Part shown: positions 62,091 through 64,000 of the stretch, piece by piece
Position numbering within the stretch: the first letter of the stretch is position 1
How the letters are laid out: every line of letters starts with the position of its first letter
Source of the DNA: Mobula hypostoma
Lineage: Eukaryota
DNA: 64,000 bases
Direction: 5' to 3'
Assembly (NCBI RefSeq): GCF_963921235.1
Contig: NC_086109.1
Span: forward strand, 682,001-746,000
Notes under the pieces: generated by a model
What the model was told of the DNA's origin: nothing
Seen by the model: only the letters and a program-made list of their open reading frames with translations
The model's database searches: none
Position numbers and translations under genes: made by a program

Positions 62091-63002
62091 CATAGAAACA
62101 TAGAAAATAGGTGCAGGAGTAGGCCATTCGGCCCTTCGAGCCTGCACTGCCATTTATTATGATCATGGCTGATCATCCAACTCAGAACCCCGCCCCAGCC
62201 TTCCCTCAATACCCCCTGACCCCCGTAGCCACAAGGGCCATATCTAACTCCCTCTTAAATATAGGCAATAAACTGACCTCAACTGTTACCTGTGGCAGAG
62301 AATTCCACAGATTCACCACTCTCTGTGTGAAGAAGTTTTTCCTAATCTCGGTCCTAAAAGGCTTCCCCTCTATCCTCAAACTGTGGCCCCTCGTTCTGGA
62401 CTTCCCCAACATCGGGAACAATCTTCCTGCATCTAGCCTGTCCAATCCCTTTAGGATCTTATACGCTTCAATCAGATCCCCCCTCAATCTTCTAAATTCC
62501 GACGAGTACAAGCCCAGTTCATCCAGTCTTTCTTCATATGAAAGTCCTGCCATCCCAGGAATCAATCTGGTGAACCTTCTTTGTACTCCCTCTATGGCAA
62601 GGATGTCTTTCCTCAGATTAGGGGACCAAAACTGCACACAATACTCCAGGTGTGGTCTCACCAATGCCTTGTACAACTGCAGTAGTACCTCCCTGCTCCT
62701 GTACTCGAATCCTCTTGCTATAAATGCCAGCATACCATTCGCCTTTTTCACCGCCTGCTGTACCTGCATGCCCACTTTCAATGACTGGTGTATAATGACA
62801 CCCAGGTCTCGTTGCACCTCCCCTTTTCCTAATCGGCCACCATTCAGATAATAATCTGTTTTCCTATTTTTGCCACCAAAGTGGATAACTTCACATTTAT
62901 CCACATTAAATTGCATCTGCCATGAATTTGCCCACTCACCCAACCTATCCAAGTTACCCTGCATCCTCTTAGCATCCTCCTCACAGCTAACACTGCCACC
63001 CA
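62091..63002 (-). mobile_element. Young 5'-truncated CR1 (family A), nested
   Basis: Near-identical to the 55.2 kb copy in reverse orientation. Confidence 0.9.
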
Positions 63003-63175
63003 CTATCCTCTTGCTCTTCACATACGTGTAGAATGCCTTGGGGTTTTCTTTAATCCTGCTTGTACGGCTTCTCAAGGCCCCTTCTGGCTCTCCTAATTTC
63101 ATTCTTAAACTCTTTCCTGCTAGCTTTATAATCTTCTAGATCTCTGTCATTACCTAGTTTTTTAATACTTTCATA

Positions 63176-63490
63176 TTGGGGAAGTCCAGAACGAGGGGTC
63201 ACAGTTTGAGGATAAAGGCGAAGCCCTTTAGGACTGAGATTAGGAAAAACTTCTTCACACAGAGAGTGGTGAATCTGTGGAATTCTCTGCCACAGGAAAC
63301 AGTTGAGGCCAGTTCATTGGCTATATTTAAGAGGGAGTTAGATATGGCCCTTGTGGCTAGGGGGATCAGAGGGTATGGAGGGAAGGCTGGTGCAGGGTTC
63401 TGAGTTGGATGATCAGCCATGATCATAATAAATAGCCGTGCAGGCTCGAAGGGCCGAATGGCCTACTCCTGCACCTATTTTCTATGTTTT
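63176..63490 (+). mobile_element. Young CR1 (family A) 3' fragment, nested
   Basis: GKSRTRGHSLRI...GYGGKAGAGF* plus 3' UTR and tail. Confidence 0.9.
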
Positions 63491-64000
63491 CAATGTAAGC
63501 TTTTCTTTTCTTCTTGACTAGATTTTCAACAGTCTTTGTACACCATGGTTCCCGTACCCTACCATCCTTTCCCTGTCTTATTAGAATATGCAGAATGCCA
63601 CACAAATATTCCCTGAGCATTTGCCACATTTCTGCCATACATTTCACTGAGAACATCTGTTTCTAATTTATTCTTCCAAATTCCTGCCTGATAGCTTCAT
63701 ATTTCCCCCTTACTCCAATTAGAAGCTTTCCTAGCTTGTCTGTTCCTATCTCTCTCCAGTGCTATGGTAAAGGAGATAGAATTGTGATCACTATCTCAAA
63801 AATGTTCTCCCACTGAGAGACCTGACACCTGACCAGATTCATTTCCCAATACCAGATCAAGTACAGCCTTTCCTCTTGTAGGCTTATCTGCATATTGTGT
63901 CAGGAAGCCTTCCCGAACACACTTAACAAACTCTACCCCATCTAAACCCCTTGCTCTGGGGAGTTGCCAATAACATTGGGGAAATTAAAATCTCCCACCA

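Larger units (their letters stand above)
60320..64000 (-). mobile_element. CR1 LINE (family C) running off the window, with two nested family A insertions
   Basis: RT ORFs 60542-60886, 61164-61793 and 61842-62045; tail CATAGAAAACCTACAGC at ~60320. Confidence 0.88.

Noticed and set aside
62206..63102. 298-aa ORF as a novel protein
   Set aside because: Chance in-frame fusion of two CR1 ORF2 fragments at an insertion junction.
44540..64000. A neighbouring host gene upstream of calsequestrin
   Set aside because: All interpretable ORFs are retroelement-derived. No host exon was recognised, though small exons could be missed by eye.

Overview
Vertebrate nuclear DNA, most likely a cartilaginous fish (ray/shark; inferred from a CR1-dominated repeat landscape and a V-SINE/HE1-like SINE). 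The only host gene is a calsequestrin (best call CASQ1) on the minus strand. Ten coding exons can be read by hand between 42674 and 9195 (234, 85, 101, 112, 74, 131, 46, 55, 101 and 75 nt), all with GT-AG boundaries, giving 338 aa in frame. The last, acidic-tail exon was not found and probably lies left of the window. A MEF2 + CArG-like + E-box cluster sits just upstream of exon 1. Most of the rest is transposon-derived: nested CR1 LINEs of several ages (one near full length with an esterase ORF1), Rex1/Babar-like LINEs, a probable solo LTR, a V-SINE and several tandem repeats. The most distinctive system is three Penelope-like (GIY-YIG) insertions built as tail-out inverted repeats. Each arm carries a minimal type-I hammerhead ribozyme motif with a palindromic stem III. 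Two insertions have perfect 14-bp target-site duplications and the same arm/tail asymmetry, and one intact hammerhead lies in sense orientation in calsequestrin intron 4. Penelope hammerheads are a known class; whether this family is described in this lineage cannot be judged without searches. Transposon boundaries are approximate unless a TSD is quoted.
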